Origin: Firmicutes bacterium UBA3943
Lineage (GTDB): Bacteria; Bacillota; UBA4882; UBA10575; UBA3943
Direction: 5' to 3'
Length of the DNA: 64,000 nucleotides
Assembly: GCA_002385625.1 (NCBI GenBank)
Contig: DGDV01000021.1
Location: forward strand, 5,474 to 69,473
Shown: piece after piece, positions 32,784-41,414 of the stretch
How positions within the stretch are numbered: the stretch's first letter is position 1
How the letters are laid out: each line of letters begins with the position of its first letter
Program-made: the position numbers and the translations under genes
The notes under the pieces: model-generated
What the model saw: the letters and a program-made list of their open reading frames with translations, nothing else
Databases searched by the model: none
What the model was told of the DNA's origin: nothing

Positions 32784-34889
32784 ATGCTTGAAACAGCTTT
32801 TGTTGAACACCTGTTCTATCTGGTCCCGGCCGGTTCCTTGTTTGCTTTGGTCTATGCATTGTTCCTGTTTCTTTCGGTAAAGAAGATGGATGAAGGATCC
32901 CGGCAGATGCAGGAAATTGCCCAGGCGATCCGGACGGGTACCCGGGCCTATTTGGGGCGACAGTATAAAGGGGTCGGCATCTTCTTTGCCATCCTCTTTA
33001 TCATCTTGCTTATCCTGTCCTTCCAGGGACTGGTGCCCACACCGGTGCCCTTTGCTTTTCTGACAGGCGGTCTCTTCTCCGGGCTGGCCGGCTTTATCGG
33101 GATGACCAATGCCACCATGGCCAATGTCAGGACTGCCAATGCAGCCCGGAAAAGTTTGAACCTGGGGCTGCGCGCCGCTTTTAACAGTGGCGCCGTTATG
33201 GGCCTGACTGTGGTTGGCTTGGGCTTATTGGATTTGAGTATTTGGTACTTTTTATTAAAAGGATTGGGGTACTCCATCGAACAAATTACCAGCACCATGC
33301 TGAACTTTGGCATGGGTGCCTCATCCATGGCCTTGTTTGCCCGGGTGGGTGGCGGTATCTTCACCAAAGCTGCTGATGTTGGCGCTGACTTGGTGGGGAA
33401 AGTAGAAGTGGGAATCCCGGAGGATGATCCCAGGAATCCGGCGGTGATCGCTGATAACGTGGGGGATAACGTGGGTGACGTGGCCGGCATGGGGGCTGAC
33501 CTCTATGAATCTTATGTCGGGTCTATTGTTGCCACATCGGCTCTGGCCATTACCGCCTTTAACCAAGCCGGTTTGCAGTTCCAAGGAGTGCTGGTCCCGT
33601 TGATCATTGCTGCAGTCGGGGTTTTGGCCTCAATCATTGGGACTTGGTTTGTCCGCTCCGATGAACGGGTGGAACAGGCGGTGTTGTTAAAGGCTCTGCG
33701 TCGAGGGGTCAATATCAGCGCTGTTTTAATTGCGGTGTTGGCCTTTATGATCATCAAATATGTCTTAGGCCCGAACTATCTGGGGGTGTACGGAGCCATC
33801 CTGACCGGTCTGATTGCCGGGGTGGTTATCGGATTACTGACGGAATTCTTCACCTCTGCAAATTACAAACCCACCAGGAATGTGGCTGAGCAGGCCACCA
33901 CTGGTGCGGCTACGGTGATCATCAGCGGACTTTCCGTGGGCATGCTCTCCACGGTCTTGCCCGTGGTGGTGGTTGCCGTTGCCATCTTTGCCAGTTTCGC
34001 CTTGGCCGGAGGACTCCAAAACTTCAATATGGGTCTTTATGGGATTGCCATCTCCGCTGTGGGCATGCTTTCGACCTTGGGGATTACCCTGGCTACTGAT
34101 GCCTATGGTCCGGTGGCTGATAATGCGGGCGGGATTGCCGAGATGGCCGACCTGCCCGAGGAGGTCCGAGAACGGACCGATGCCCTGGACTCCCTGGGGA
34201 ACACGACAGCAGCGACGGGGAAAGGGTTTGCCATCGGTTCGGCTGCTTTGACCGCCCTGGCGTTGATCGCCGCCTATGTGGAGCAGGTGCAGGTGATCAA
34301 ACCAGATTTTCAATTTAACTTGTCCATTACCAACCCGCCGGTCTTGATCGGCTTATTCGTCGGCGGGATGCTTCCTTTCCTGTTCAGTGCCATGGCCATG
34401 CAGGCCGTGGGACGGGCCGCCCAGAAGATCGTCCTGGAAGTGCGGCGGCAGTTTAAAGAGATCGCCGGTCTGTTGGAGGGGACCGCGAAACCCGATTATG
34501 CAACCTGTGTGGATATTTGTACCCGCGCGGCGCAGAAAGAGATGATCCTTCCCGCCCTCTCCGCCATCATTGTCCCAATTATCATCGGTTTGTTACTGGG
34601 TGTGAATGCGGTGGCTGGCCTGTTGGCCGGCTCAACGGTCTGTGGTTTTATGCTGGCGGTGATGATGGCCAACAGCGGTGGCGCGTGGGACAACGCCAAA
34701 AAGTATATTGAGGAAGGAAACCACGGCGGTAAGGGCTCAGAGGCCCATAAAGCCGCGGTGGTCGGAGATACGGTGGGGGATCCCTTCAAGGATACGGCCG
34801 GCCCGTCGTTGAACATCCTCATTAAGCTAACCTCCATGGTGTCTGTGGTCTTTGCCGGTTTTATCCTGGCCTTTTCCTTGATTAAATGA
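32784..34889 (+). CDS. hppA: membrane-bound (V-type) ion-translocating pyrophosphatase, K+-dependent subfamily
   Basis: 701 aa, polytopic. [58 protein letters not shown]. Confidence 0.95.
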   Translation: MLETAFVEHLFYLVPAGSLFALVYALFLFLSVKKMDEGSRQMQEIAQAIRTGTRAYLGRQYKGVGIFFAILFIILLILSFQGLVPTPVPFAFLTGGLFSGLAGFIGMTNATMANVRTANAARKSLNLGLRAAFNSGAVMGLTVVGLGLLDLSIWYFLLKGLGYSIEQITSTMLNFGMGASSMALFARVGGGIFTKAADVGADLVGKVEVGIPEDDPRNPAVIADNVGDNVGDVAGMGADLYESYVGSIVATSALAITAFNQAGLQFQGVLVPLIIAAVGVLASIIGTWFVRSDERVEQAVLLKALRRGVNISAVLIAVLAFMIIKYVLGPNYLGVYGAILTGLIAGVVIGLLTEFFTSANYKPTRNVAEQATTGAATVIISGLSVGMLSTVLPVVVVAVAIFASFALAGGLQNFNMGLYGIAISAVGMLSTLGITLATDAYGPVADNAGGIAEMADLPEEVRERTDALDSLGNTTAATGKGFAIGSAALTALALIAAYVEQVQVIKPDFQFNLSITNPPVLIGLFVGGMLPFLFSAMAMQAVGRAAQKIVLEVRRQFKEIAGLLEGTAKPDYATCVDICTRAAQKEMILPALSAIIVPIIIGLLLGVNAVAGLLAGSTVCGFMLAVMMANSGGAWDNAKKYIEEGNHGGKGSEAHKAAVVGDTVGDPFKDTAGPSLNILIKLTSMVSVVFAGFILAFSLIK

Positions 34890-34912
34890 TAATGACCGCC
34901 AAGTGTCAGCTA

Positions 34913-34943
34913 AGAGCCCCAAGCCAATGGGGCTCTTTTTTAT
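34913..34943 (+). terminator. intrinsic terminator after hppA
   Basis: AGAGCCCC (34913-20) pairs with GGGGCTCT (34929-36), followed by TTTTTT. Confidence 0.85.
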
Positions 34944-35247
34944 AATATTTCGTTAGGCTGCCGCATATATAGATCCGTGCCATTGTTTTTTATTTTGCCC
35001 GCGGGTGTAATGGTGAAGGGGTAAAAGAGGCTCCGAAAAAAATTTATCCAGGTGGATAACCCGTCAACCGGGGGAATTTGCTGTTATTTCCAGCCGTTCC
35101 AGGGACCATTCCGGTGTTGTTTGTGCATATGCTGGGCAATGATGACCGGGTTATGCCACTTTGAAAGAGGGTGATCTGCTCCCATCGTGAGATCTTTGTT
35201 GTTCAATCATTGAAAGGGCATATTGCTGATGCCAAGGAGGAGAGGCA

Positions 35248-35712
35248 ATGGGAAACCAACAAAATGCTGTGGTCTGTCTGCTCCAGGACAGAAAGAATTT
35301 GCACCTGTATTGGGACCTGAGTCCGGAGAGATTAAACACGCTTGAGCATTTCATGACCCACGTCCGCCCCGGGCTGAAATTTTGCCTCCGGTTAATTGGG
35401 GTTAATCCCGAAAATAACGACCGTTGGATTGAACGGGAAGTTTTTCTTGAAGATTTCTCCGCCTTGGGTAACTGGTATTTTCGGGGGGTAAATCCTGATC
35501 TCGACTATCTGGTGGAATTTGGCGGTAAGGGTGAGGACGGCTCCTTTGTCTTATTCTCACGAACGCCGGTCATTAATTTACAGGCCCCGTCATGGAGGTA
35601 CAAAGCCACTGTTTCGACAGATATCACCCAAGCGAAGGGAGATTGGCTTCGTTTCCTGGAAAACCAGGGTTCTTCCGCGGTTTATAACGGGGTGGAAAGG
35701 AGCGATCAATGA
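35248..35712 (+). CDS. DUF4912-like protein (alpha-glucan locus accessory protein)
   Basis: 154 aa. N-terminal ...VVCLLQDRKNLHLYWDLSPE resembles the DUF4912 signature as I recall it. Its stop overlaps the GH57 start (ATGA). Confidence 0.6.
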   Translation: MGNQQNAVVCLLQDRKNLHLYWDLSPERLNTLEHFMTHVRPGLKFCLRLIGVNPENNDRWIEREVFLEDFSALGNWYFRGVNPDLDYLVEFGGKGEDGSFVLFSRTPVINLQAPSWRYKATVSTDITQAKGDWLRFLENQGSSAVYNGVERSDQ

Positions 35713-38567
35713 GGGAATCAAAACCGGAAGTTGTAGGATATCTTGCCGTAGTGCTTCATGCGCATCTTCCTTTTATCCCACATACCGCGGCGGAACCCAC
35801 TTTGGAAGAGAAGTGGTTGTTTGAAGCTTTAACTGAATCATACATTCCCTTCCTGCTTAGCTGGGAGAGGCTGGCCGAGGAAAATGTCCGGTTTCAACTG
35901 ACACTGTCAATATCCCCGCCCCTGTTGACCATGTTAACCGATTCGGTTGAGCTGGAACGTTACAGTAAGTACCTGCGAAATCTCCAGGAACTCTCCGAAC
36001 GGGAGGCGGAAAGGACAAGGAATGATCCCCATTATGCTGCAGTGGCGGAATTTTATCGCCGGCGTTTGCGGGAGATTGGCCACGCCTTCCATGAAAAATA
36101 CCGAACTGATCTGTTGGCACCGTTGAAAAAACTGAAAGAACTGGGTCATCTGGAGATCATCACCACCGGCGCTACCCATGGTTTCTTACCGCTCATGGCG
36201 ACGGAGGAGGCGAAATATGCCCAGCTTCATTTGGCCCTGGACTATTTTGAGGCCAAATTTGGCTGGCGGCCGTCGGGCATCTGGTTGCCGGAGTGCGGCT
36301 ATTGCCCTGGCCTGGAACGTCTTTTGGACAAATTGGGCATAGGCTATTTTATCATTTCATCCCACGGGATGCTAAGCGCCAATCCCCGGCCGGAGACGGC
36401 GGTCTATGCGCCGGTTCGGCTTGCCGGGACGCAGGTGAATGCCTTTGGCCGGGATTGGGAGACTTCCCATCAGGTCTGGAGCCGGACCGAAGGTTACCCT
36501 GGCGATTACTGGTACCGCGAGTTTTACCGGGATATTGGTTGGGATCTTGATTATGACTATCTTCAGCCCTATTTGCTAGGGGGAGTAAGAGGGGATACCG
36601 GGCTGAAGTACCACCGGATCACAGGTAAATCCGATTACAAAGAGGTATACCAACGCGATAAGGCATTGGAACGGGTCAAGGAGCATGCCCGGGACTTCCT
36701 GGCCAATCGCCAACGCCAGCTTAGCTACTGGCGGGGGACAATGAAACAACCGCCCATTGTCGTGGCACCCTATGATACGGAGCTCTTTGGCCATTGGTGG
36801 TTTGAGGGGCCGGACTGGTTGGAGGAGGTCTTGCGTCTGGTGGCCCAAAGGGACACGGGGATTGCCACCACGACCCTCCAAAGCTATCTATGGAAGTATC
36901 CGGCAAGTCACGAGGCAACCTTTGGACCGTCAAGTTGGGGTGAGGGCGGGTACAACCGGGTCTGGCTCAACGAAGAGAATGATTGGATCTATCCCCGCCT
37001 CCACCGGGCGGAAAAGCTGATAAAGGCCTTGACGGAGGGGTATCCACAACCCGGACCGGAGGTGAAAAGGGGATTAAACCAGGCGGTCCGGGAGTTGTTG
37101 TTGGCGCAGAGCAGTGACTGGCCCTTTATCCTCACCAACCGGACCGTCGTTGATTACGCCAGGGCCAGATTGGAGTGGCATCTGGGCCAGTGTGAACGTT
37201 TGTTGGTTGAACTGCTCACTAATGGTGTGGATCCGGCAAACTTAAGGTATTTGGAGGAGACCGACAGGGTATTTCCCGGCTTGGATTACCGGGTTTTCTG
37301 TTCCTTGCCTGCTTCGGACGGGGAGTTAATGGTGCCGGCGGGGCTGGCGGGGACAGTGGTGATCATGTTAAGTTGGGAATATCCTCCTTGGCATGTGGGA
37401 GGCCTGGGCGTTCATGTGCGGGATCTGGCGGAGACCATGGCCCGGCTTGGCCAGGCAGTCCATGTGGTCACCGTTTCACCGCATAACCAGGGGAAAACCA
37501 TTGTGCAAAACGGGGTTCATGTCCACTTTTTGGCTGTTGATGTGCCGCAGGAGGCCAGGGATGATTTTCTTGCTTGGGTCCTTCGTTTTAACTTGGTCAT
37601 GGCGGATTTCGCCGGGGAGATGGTGTTGCGGTCCCCCAAGGCCCGTTTTCTTCTTCATGCCCACGATTGGATGGTGGGCTATGCTGCAAGGGAGTTGAAG
37701 GCCAGATTTGACTTGCTGGGTGTGGCGACGATCCATGCTACCGAGCATGGGCGTAACCGGGGTTTGCACAATCCGCTCCAACATGCCATCCACCGGTTGG
37801 AAGAGGAGTTGGTTCATGGCGCCGACCGGGTGATCTGCTGCAGCCGTTACATGCAAAAGGAGATCGAAACTCTTTTCGGGTTGGCTGCCGACGGTGTCTA
37901 TATGATCCCCAATGCGGTGAATTTGTCACCGGCGGTGGAGATTGTCCGGAAGGAGCAGGTGATCCTCTTTATCGGCCGCTTGGTGGCGGAGAAGGGTGTC
38001 CAAGTACTAATTGAGGCCTTTGCCCGCTTAAGCGGCCTCTATCCCGACGCTTCGTTGGTTATAGCAGGATCCGGACCTTATACCGAGGAGTTGCAGAACA
38101 TGGTCCGCCGGTTGGGTTTGACAGACCGGATTCGGTTTATGGGTTTTGTTGCAGAGAAGGTCCGGGATGAGTTGCTGAAGAGTTGCAGTATTGCTGTTTT
38201 TCCCAGTTTATATGAGCCCTTTGGAATTGTTGCCTTGGAGGCAATGGCCAGCGGTACGCCGGTGGTTGTTTCCCGGACCGGAGGTTTGGCGGAGATAGTC
38301 GAGGACGGGGTATCCGGGCTCTGTTTCACTCCGGGGGATGCCGGTGAACTCCAGCGTTGCTTGGTGAAGCTGTTACAAAGTCCTGCCACTGCCCGGGAGT
38401 TGAGTAAAAACGCCCGCTTGCGGGTGGAGCAGGAATTTAACTGGGAAGCAGTGGCCAAACGCACCCTTGAGGTGTATCATCGGGAGCAGCCGGTGGTTGG
38501 GGCCAAGGACAATGAGGGGGCAGACGACAGACAGCGCGAACCGGTTTTGGTTCCTGCCGAGGTTTGA
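35709..38567 (+). CDS. fusion protein: GH57 (DUF1957, branching-enzyme-like) N-domain + GT4 glycogen-synthase-like glycosyltransferase C-domain
   Basis: 952 aa. N-terminus GYLAVVLHAHLPFIPH...ITTGATHGFLPL...WLPECGY (GH57). From ~aa 540: MLSWEYPPWHVGGLGVHVRDLA...SLYEPFGIVALEAMASGTPVVVSRTGGLAEIVEDGVSG (GT-B, GT4-type EX7E). Confidence 0.85.
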   Translation: MRESKPEVVGYLAVVLHAHLPFIPHTAAEPTLEEKWLFEALTESYIPFLLSWERLAEENVRFQLTLSISPPLLTMLTDSVELERYSKYLRNLQELSEREAERTRNDPHYAAVAEFYRRRLREIGHAFHEKYRTDLLAPLKKLKELGHLEIITTGATHGFLPLMATEEAKYAQLHLALDYFEAKFGWRPSGIWLPECGYCPGLERLLDKLGIGYFIISSHGMLSANPRPETAVYAPVRLAGTQVNAFGRDWETSHQVWSRTEGYPGDYWYREFYRDIGWDLDYDYLQPYLLGGVRGDTGLKYHRITGKSDYKEVYQRDKALERVKEHARDFLANRQRQLSYWRGTMKQPPIVVAPYDTELFGHWWFEGPDWLEEVLRLVAQRDTGIATTTLQSYLWKYPASHEATFGPSSWGEGGYNRVWLNEENDWIYPRLHRAEKLIKALTEGYPQPGPEVKRGLNQAVRELLLAQSSDWPFILTNRTVVDYARARLEWHLGQCERLLVELLTNGVDPANLRYLEETDRVFPGLDYRVFCSLPASDGELMVPAGLAGTVVIMLSWEYPPWHVGGLGVHVRDLAETMARLGQAVHVVTVSPHNQGKTIVQNGVHVHFLAVDVPQEARDDFLAWVLRFNLVMADFAGEMVLRSPKARFLLHAHDWMVGYAARELKARFDLLGVATIHATEHGRNRGLHNPLQHAIHRLEEELVHGADRVICCSRYMQKEIETLFGLAADGVYMIPNAVNLSPAVEIVRKEQVILFIGRLVAEKGVQVLIEAFARLSGLYPDASLVIAGSGPYTEELQNMVRRLGLTDRIRFMGFVAEKVRDELLKSCSIAVFPSLYEPFGIVALEAMASGTPVVVSRTGGLAEIVEDGVSGLCFTPGDAGELQRCLVKLLQSPATARELSKNARLRVEQEFNWEAVAKRTLEVYHREQPVVGAKDNEGADDRQREPVLVPAEV

Positions 38568-38600
38568 AAGCAGAGATGAGAAATTATTTGCGTTGATTGC

Positions 38601-38636
38601 GACAGCGCCACTTGACTGGAGCTGTCTCTTTTTTTA
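38601..38636 (+). terminator. intrinsic terminator
   Basis: GACAGC (38601-06) pairs with GCTGTC (38621-26), followed by TCTTTTTTT. Confidence 0.7.
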
Positions 38637-38701
38637 AGCTATAAATTGAGGATTGGCATGGTAAAATTGTTAAAGGCGGACAGAAAAGGAGCAGCCAGCA
38701 G

Positions 38702-39355
38702 ATGTTCACCCGCAAACTCCGAAATTATTTTTTGACCGGTTTGTTCACCATTCTGCCGATTATTGTCACAGGCTACATTTTGGTTTGGGGCTTTACTTGG
38801 GCTGATGGGATTCTGGGCCGGTTTGTGATTAAGGTTTTCCGGCGCCCGGTGCCGGGTATGGGTTTGTTGATCTCCCTGGTGTTTGTGACGGTGCTTGGAA
38901 TATTTGCCAAAAATTATTTAGGAAGCCGGCTTGTGGGTTTTATTGAGAGAATCATCCTCCAGATCCCACTGGCCGGGAATATTTACGGGACCACCAAGCA
39001 GATCATGGAAGCAATCTCGTCGCCGGATAAAACTTTCTTCCGGTCGGTGGTGATGGTGGAATACCCCCGGCCGGGCATGTTCTCCCCCGGTTTTATCGTG
39101 GGGAAAGCTCCGGTGCCCGAGGCTTCGGTTGACGCAACGGAAGAAGCGGGGGAGCCGGTGACGGTCTTTATTCCAACCACGCCGAATCCCGCCACGGGCT
39201 TTTTGGTTTTTGTCCCAGAAAGCCAAATCACACCCTTGCCCATGAGTGTGGAGGAGGGGCTCAAGTTCTTCCTGTCGGTGGGGGTAGTTCACCCCAACCA
39301 CGAGAAGACCGGTTCTTTGGGGCAGGAAAATTCCCTGGTTAACAGGAATAAGTAG
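38702..39355 (+). CDS. DUF502 family membrane protein
   Basis: 217 aa. N-terminal FLTGLFTILPIIVTGYILVW... pattern typical of DUF502. Confidence 0.75.
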   Translation: MFTRKLRNYFLTGLFTILPIIVTGYILVWGFTWADGILGRFVIKVFRRPVPGMGLLISLVFVTVLGIFAKNYLGSRLVGFIERIILQIPLAGNIYGTTKQIMEAISSPDKTFFRSVVMVEYPRPGMFSPGFIVGKAPVPEASVDATEEAGEPVTVFIPTTPNPATGFLVFVPESQITPLPMSVEEGLKFFLSVGVVHPNHEKTGSLGQENSLVNRNK

Positions 39356-39380
39356 AGTAATAACAGTTGCAGGTGATAAT

Positions 39381-39980
39381 ATGGCATCGGAAAGGAAAAC
39401 CGCAATTCTCCAAGCTTTTCAGAACCGGGTCAGCCGGGTTGGCTTTGATAAAACCACCATGGCTGATGTGGCCAGGGATGCCGGGGTAAGTGTTGGCGCC
39501 ATCTACAAGGACTTCGCCAACAAGGAAGAACTGGTGGATGCATGTATAGAACAATTATATGACTGGGTGATTGAACGTTGTCGCCGGCTGGTGGACGAGG
39601 AATTAGAACCTGAGGCATCGTTGCACCATTTCTTGAAGGGCCTGATTGGGGTCTTGCAAGAACTCAGCAATAATAACAAGGCTGTCGAACAGTTTATGCA
39701 GGAGGAGTTTATTCTCAAGCACATAAAGAAGAATGTTTCCCTCCGTGACCGGGCCTTGCGGGATATCTCCTCCCTGGTGGAGAATATAATTACCCGCGGG
39801 GTGCGGCAAGGTGTTTTTTATACAACCAACCCCCGGACCACAGCGGCCCTGTTGCTCATGGCCTTTGTGCCGTTTTATCTTCTGCCGGAGGATGAACACG
39901 CCAAGTCTACTCCGGACTTTGAGGAGATGTTTGCCTTTTTAATGCGGGCATTGAAAAATTGCGGGGAAATGGGGGATTAA
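39381..39980 (+). CDS. TetR/AcrR family transcriptional regulator
   Basis: N-terminal HTH: GFDKTTMADVARDAGVSVGAIYKDFANKEEL. 199 aa. Immediately upstream of the RND efflux operon. Confidence 0.9.
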   Translation: MASERKTAILQAFQNRVSRVGFDKTTMADVARDAGVSVGAIYKDFANKEELVDACIEQLYDWVIERCRRLVDEELEPEASLHHFLKGLIGVLQELSNNNKAVEQFMQEEFILKHIKKNVSLRDRALRDISSLVENIITRGVRQGVFYTTNPRTTAALLLMAFVPFYLLPEDEHAKSTPDFEEMFAFLMRALKNCGEMGD

Positions 39981-39992
39981 CCTTAATTTTAC

Positions 39993-40021
39993 TTGACGGG
40001 TTAATACATCCAGTGTATGAT
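39993..40021 (+). promoter_or_regulatory. candidate promoter of the RND efflux operon
   Basis: TTGACG (39993-98), 17 bp, TATGAT (40016-21), 13 nt after the TetR stop. It would give a ~330-nt leader. Confidence 0.45.
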
Positions 40022-40059
40022 CAAAAGTAGCGAGAAAAATGAATTTTTTTATTACCTGG

Positions 40060-40086
40060 CGTGAATAAAATTGAAATATGTTCACG
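40060..40086. promoter_or_regulatory. 27-bp palindromic operator candidate, copy 1 (CGTGAA-N15-TTCACG)
   Basis: CGTGAATAAAATTGAAATATGTTCACG has perfect 6-bp inverted arms. It is 22/27 identical to copy 2. Confidence 0.55.
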
Positions 40087-40253
40087 GCGATTGTCTTTCC
40101 GATTAGTTGCGACAATTTGGGTGCTGTCATTAGAAACAGGGGCCTTAGGATGGTGAGCGATCTCATAATTACTTGATTGAATTTAAAAAGTCAATTCAAA
40201 ATACTTCCCGATAAATAAGTTTTATAGTGAGGAAGTATATAATTTTTACCTTA

Positions 40254-40280
40254 CGTGAACAAAATCGTAAAATATTCACG
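40254..40280. promoter_or_regulatory. 27-bp palindromic operator candidate, copy 2
   Basis: CGTGAACAAAATCGTAAAATATTCACG, 75 nt upstream of the adaptor gene start. Confidence 0.55.
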
Positions 40281-40354
40281 AAACATATCTTAACTTTGAT
40301 GGTGAAAAAAGTTAAATTATATTGATAAAGTATTCCTGTAGAGGAGGAGATTTC

Positions 40355-41386
40355 ATGAAAAAGTTTTTTTCCGCGGCTTTGATCCTTATGATTTTGTTTT
40401 CCGGGTGCAGTTGGAATAAGAAAAAAGCTGACTCAAAAAGCATGGAGCAAATTCATAAGGAAAGCGGTGTTCCCGTTACAGTTCGGACCTTGGTGGAGGA
40501 GCCGTTTTCTACCGTATTAACCTATGCGACAACACTTAAGGCGACTTCGGAAGCAACAGCCTATGCCGCCATCACCGATGTGGTGGAAACCGTCGGGGCC
40601 GGTATTGGTGAATATGTGCAGAAAGATCAAGTTATCATCGGATTTCCGAAGACAAATCCGCAGATGAATTACTATCAAGCCAAAGCGGCTTATGAAAATG
40701 CCAAAGCGACTCATGAACGGATGAAGAATCTTTATGAACATGAGGTAATCTCCAAACAAGAATACGATAACGCTGACGCTGCGTATCAGGTGGCCAAGGC
40801 CAATTGGCAGGCTGTAAACGAGGTTATAAACGTCAAAGCTCCCATCAGCGGTTATATCACCCAACTCTATGTTCATCCTTCCAGCAATGTGGCGCCGGGC
40901 ACCCCTCTGTTTACCGTCTCCAACTTGGAACGTATGGAGGCGCAGGTTTGGGTTCCCGAGACGGAAATCGCCCGGATCCGCCGGGGCCAAATTGGCATGC
41001 TGGAATGGGACGGGAAACGTTTTGAAGGAAAAGTTACCAAAGTCAATATGGTAATGGATCCCGCGAAGAAGGCCTTTGATGTCCGGGTGGAGTTCCCCAA
41101 CGGTGAGCGGCTCCTGACCAGCGGGATTACCACAAACATCAGGATCGAAACGTACCGTAGTTCGGCTATTGTTGTTGCCCGTCAGGAACTGGTGAAGGAG
41201 GACGGGAAGTATTTCGCCTATGTGGTTGAGGATAATAAAGCCCAAAAACGTCCGGTTACGATCGGAAAGGAACAAGGACTTTACCTCGAAATTACTTCCG
41301 GGTTAAAGCCGGGTGAGCGGTTAATTAGCCAAGGGAATGAATTGGTGGCCGACGGTACACTGGTTCGGATTGTTTCAGCGAAGTAG
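40355..41386 (+). CDS. RND efflux periplasmic adaptor (membrane fusion protein), lipoprotein
   Basis: ATG 40355 follows GAGGAGG. Lipobox LFSGC. HlyD/AcrA-like hairpin and beta-barrel regions. Confidence 0.88.
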   Translation: MKKFFSAALILMILFSGCSWNKKKADSKSMEQIHKESGVPVTVRTLVEEPFSTVLTYATTLKATSEATAYAAITDVVETVGAGIGEYVQKDQVIIGFPKTNPQMNYYQAKAAYENAKATHERMKNLYEHEVISKQEYDNADAAYQVAKANWQAVNEVINVKAPISGYITQLYVHPSSNVAPGTPLFTVSNLERMEAQVWVPETEIARIRRGQIGMLEWDGKRFEGKVTKVNMVMDPAKKAFDVRVEFPNGERLLTSGITTNIRIETYRSSAIVVARQELVKEDGKYFAYVVEDNKAQKRPVTIGKEQGLYLEITSGLKPGERLISQGNELVADGTLVRIVSAK

Positions 41387-41414
41387 TCTGAAGAATTGAA
41401 AAGGGGGCTTACCA

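Noticed and set aside
35044-35059. Palindrome TTATCCAGGTGGATAA resembling two inverted DnaA boxes (TTATCCACA)
   Set aside because: It is a single isolated site with no cluster of boxes, AT-rich unwinding element or dnaA/dnaN context, so it is not an origin. A role as an operator for the glucan locus is possible but unsupported.
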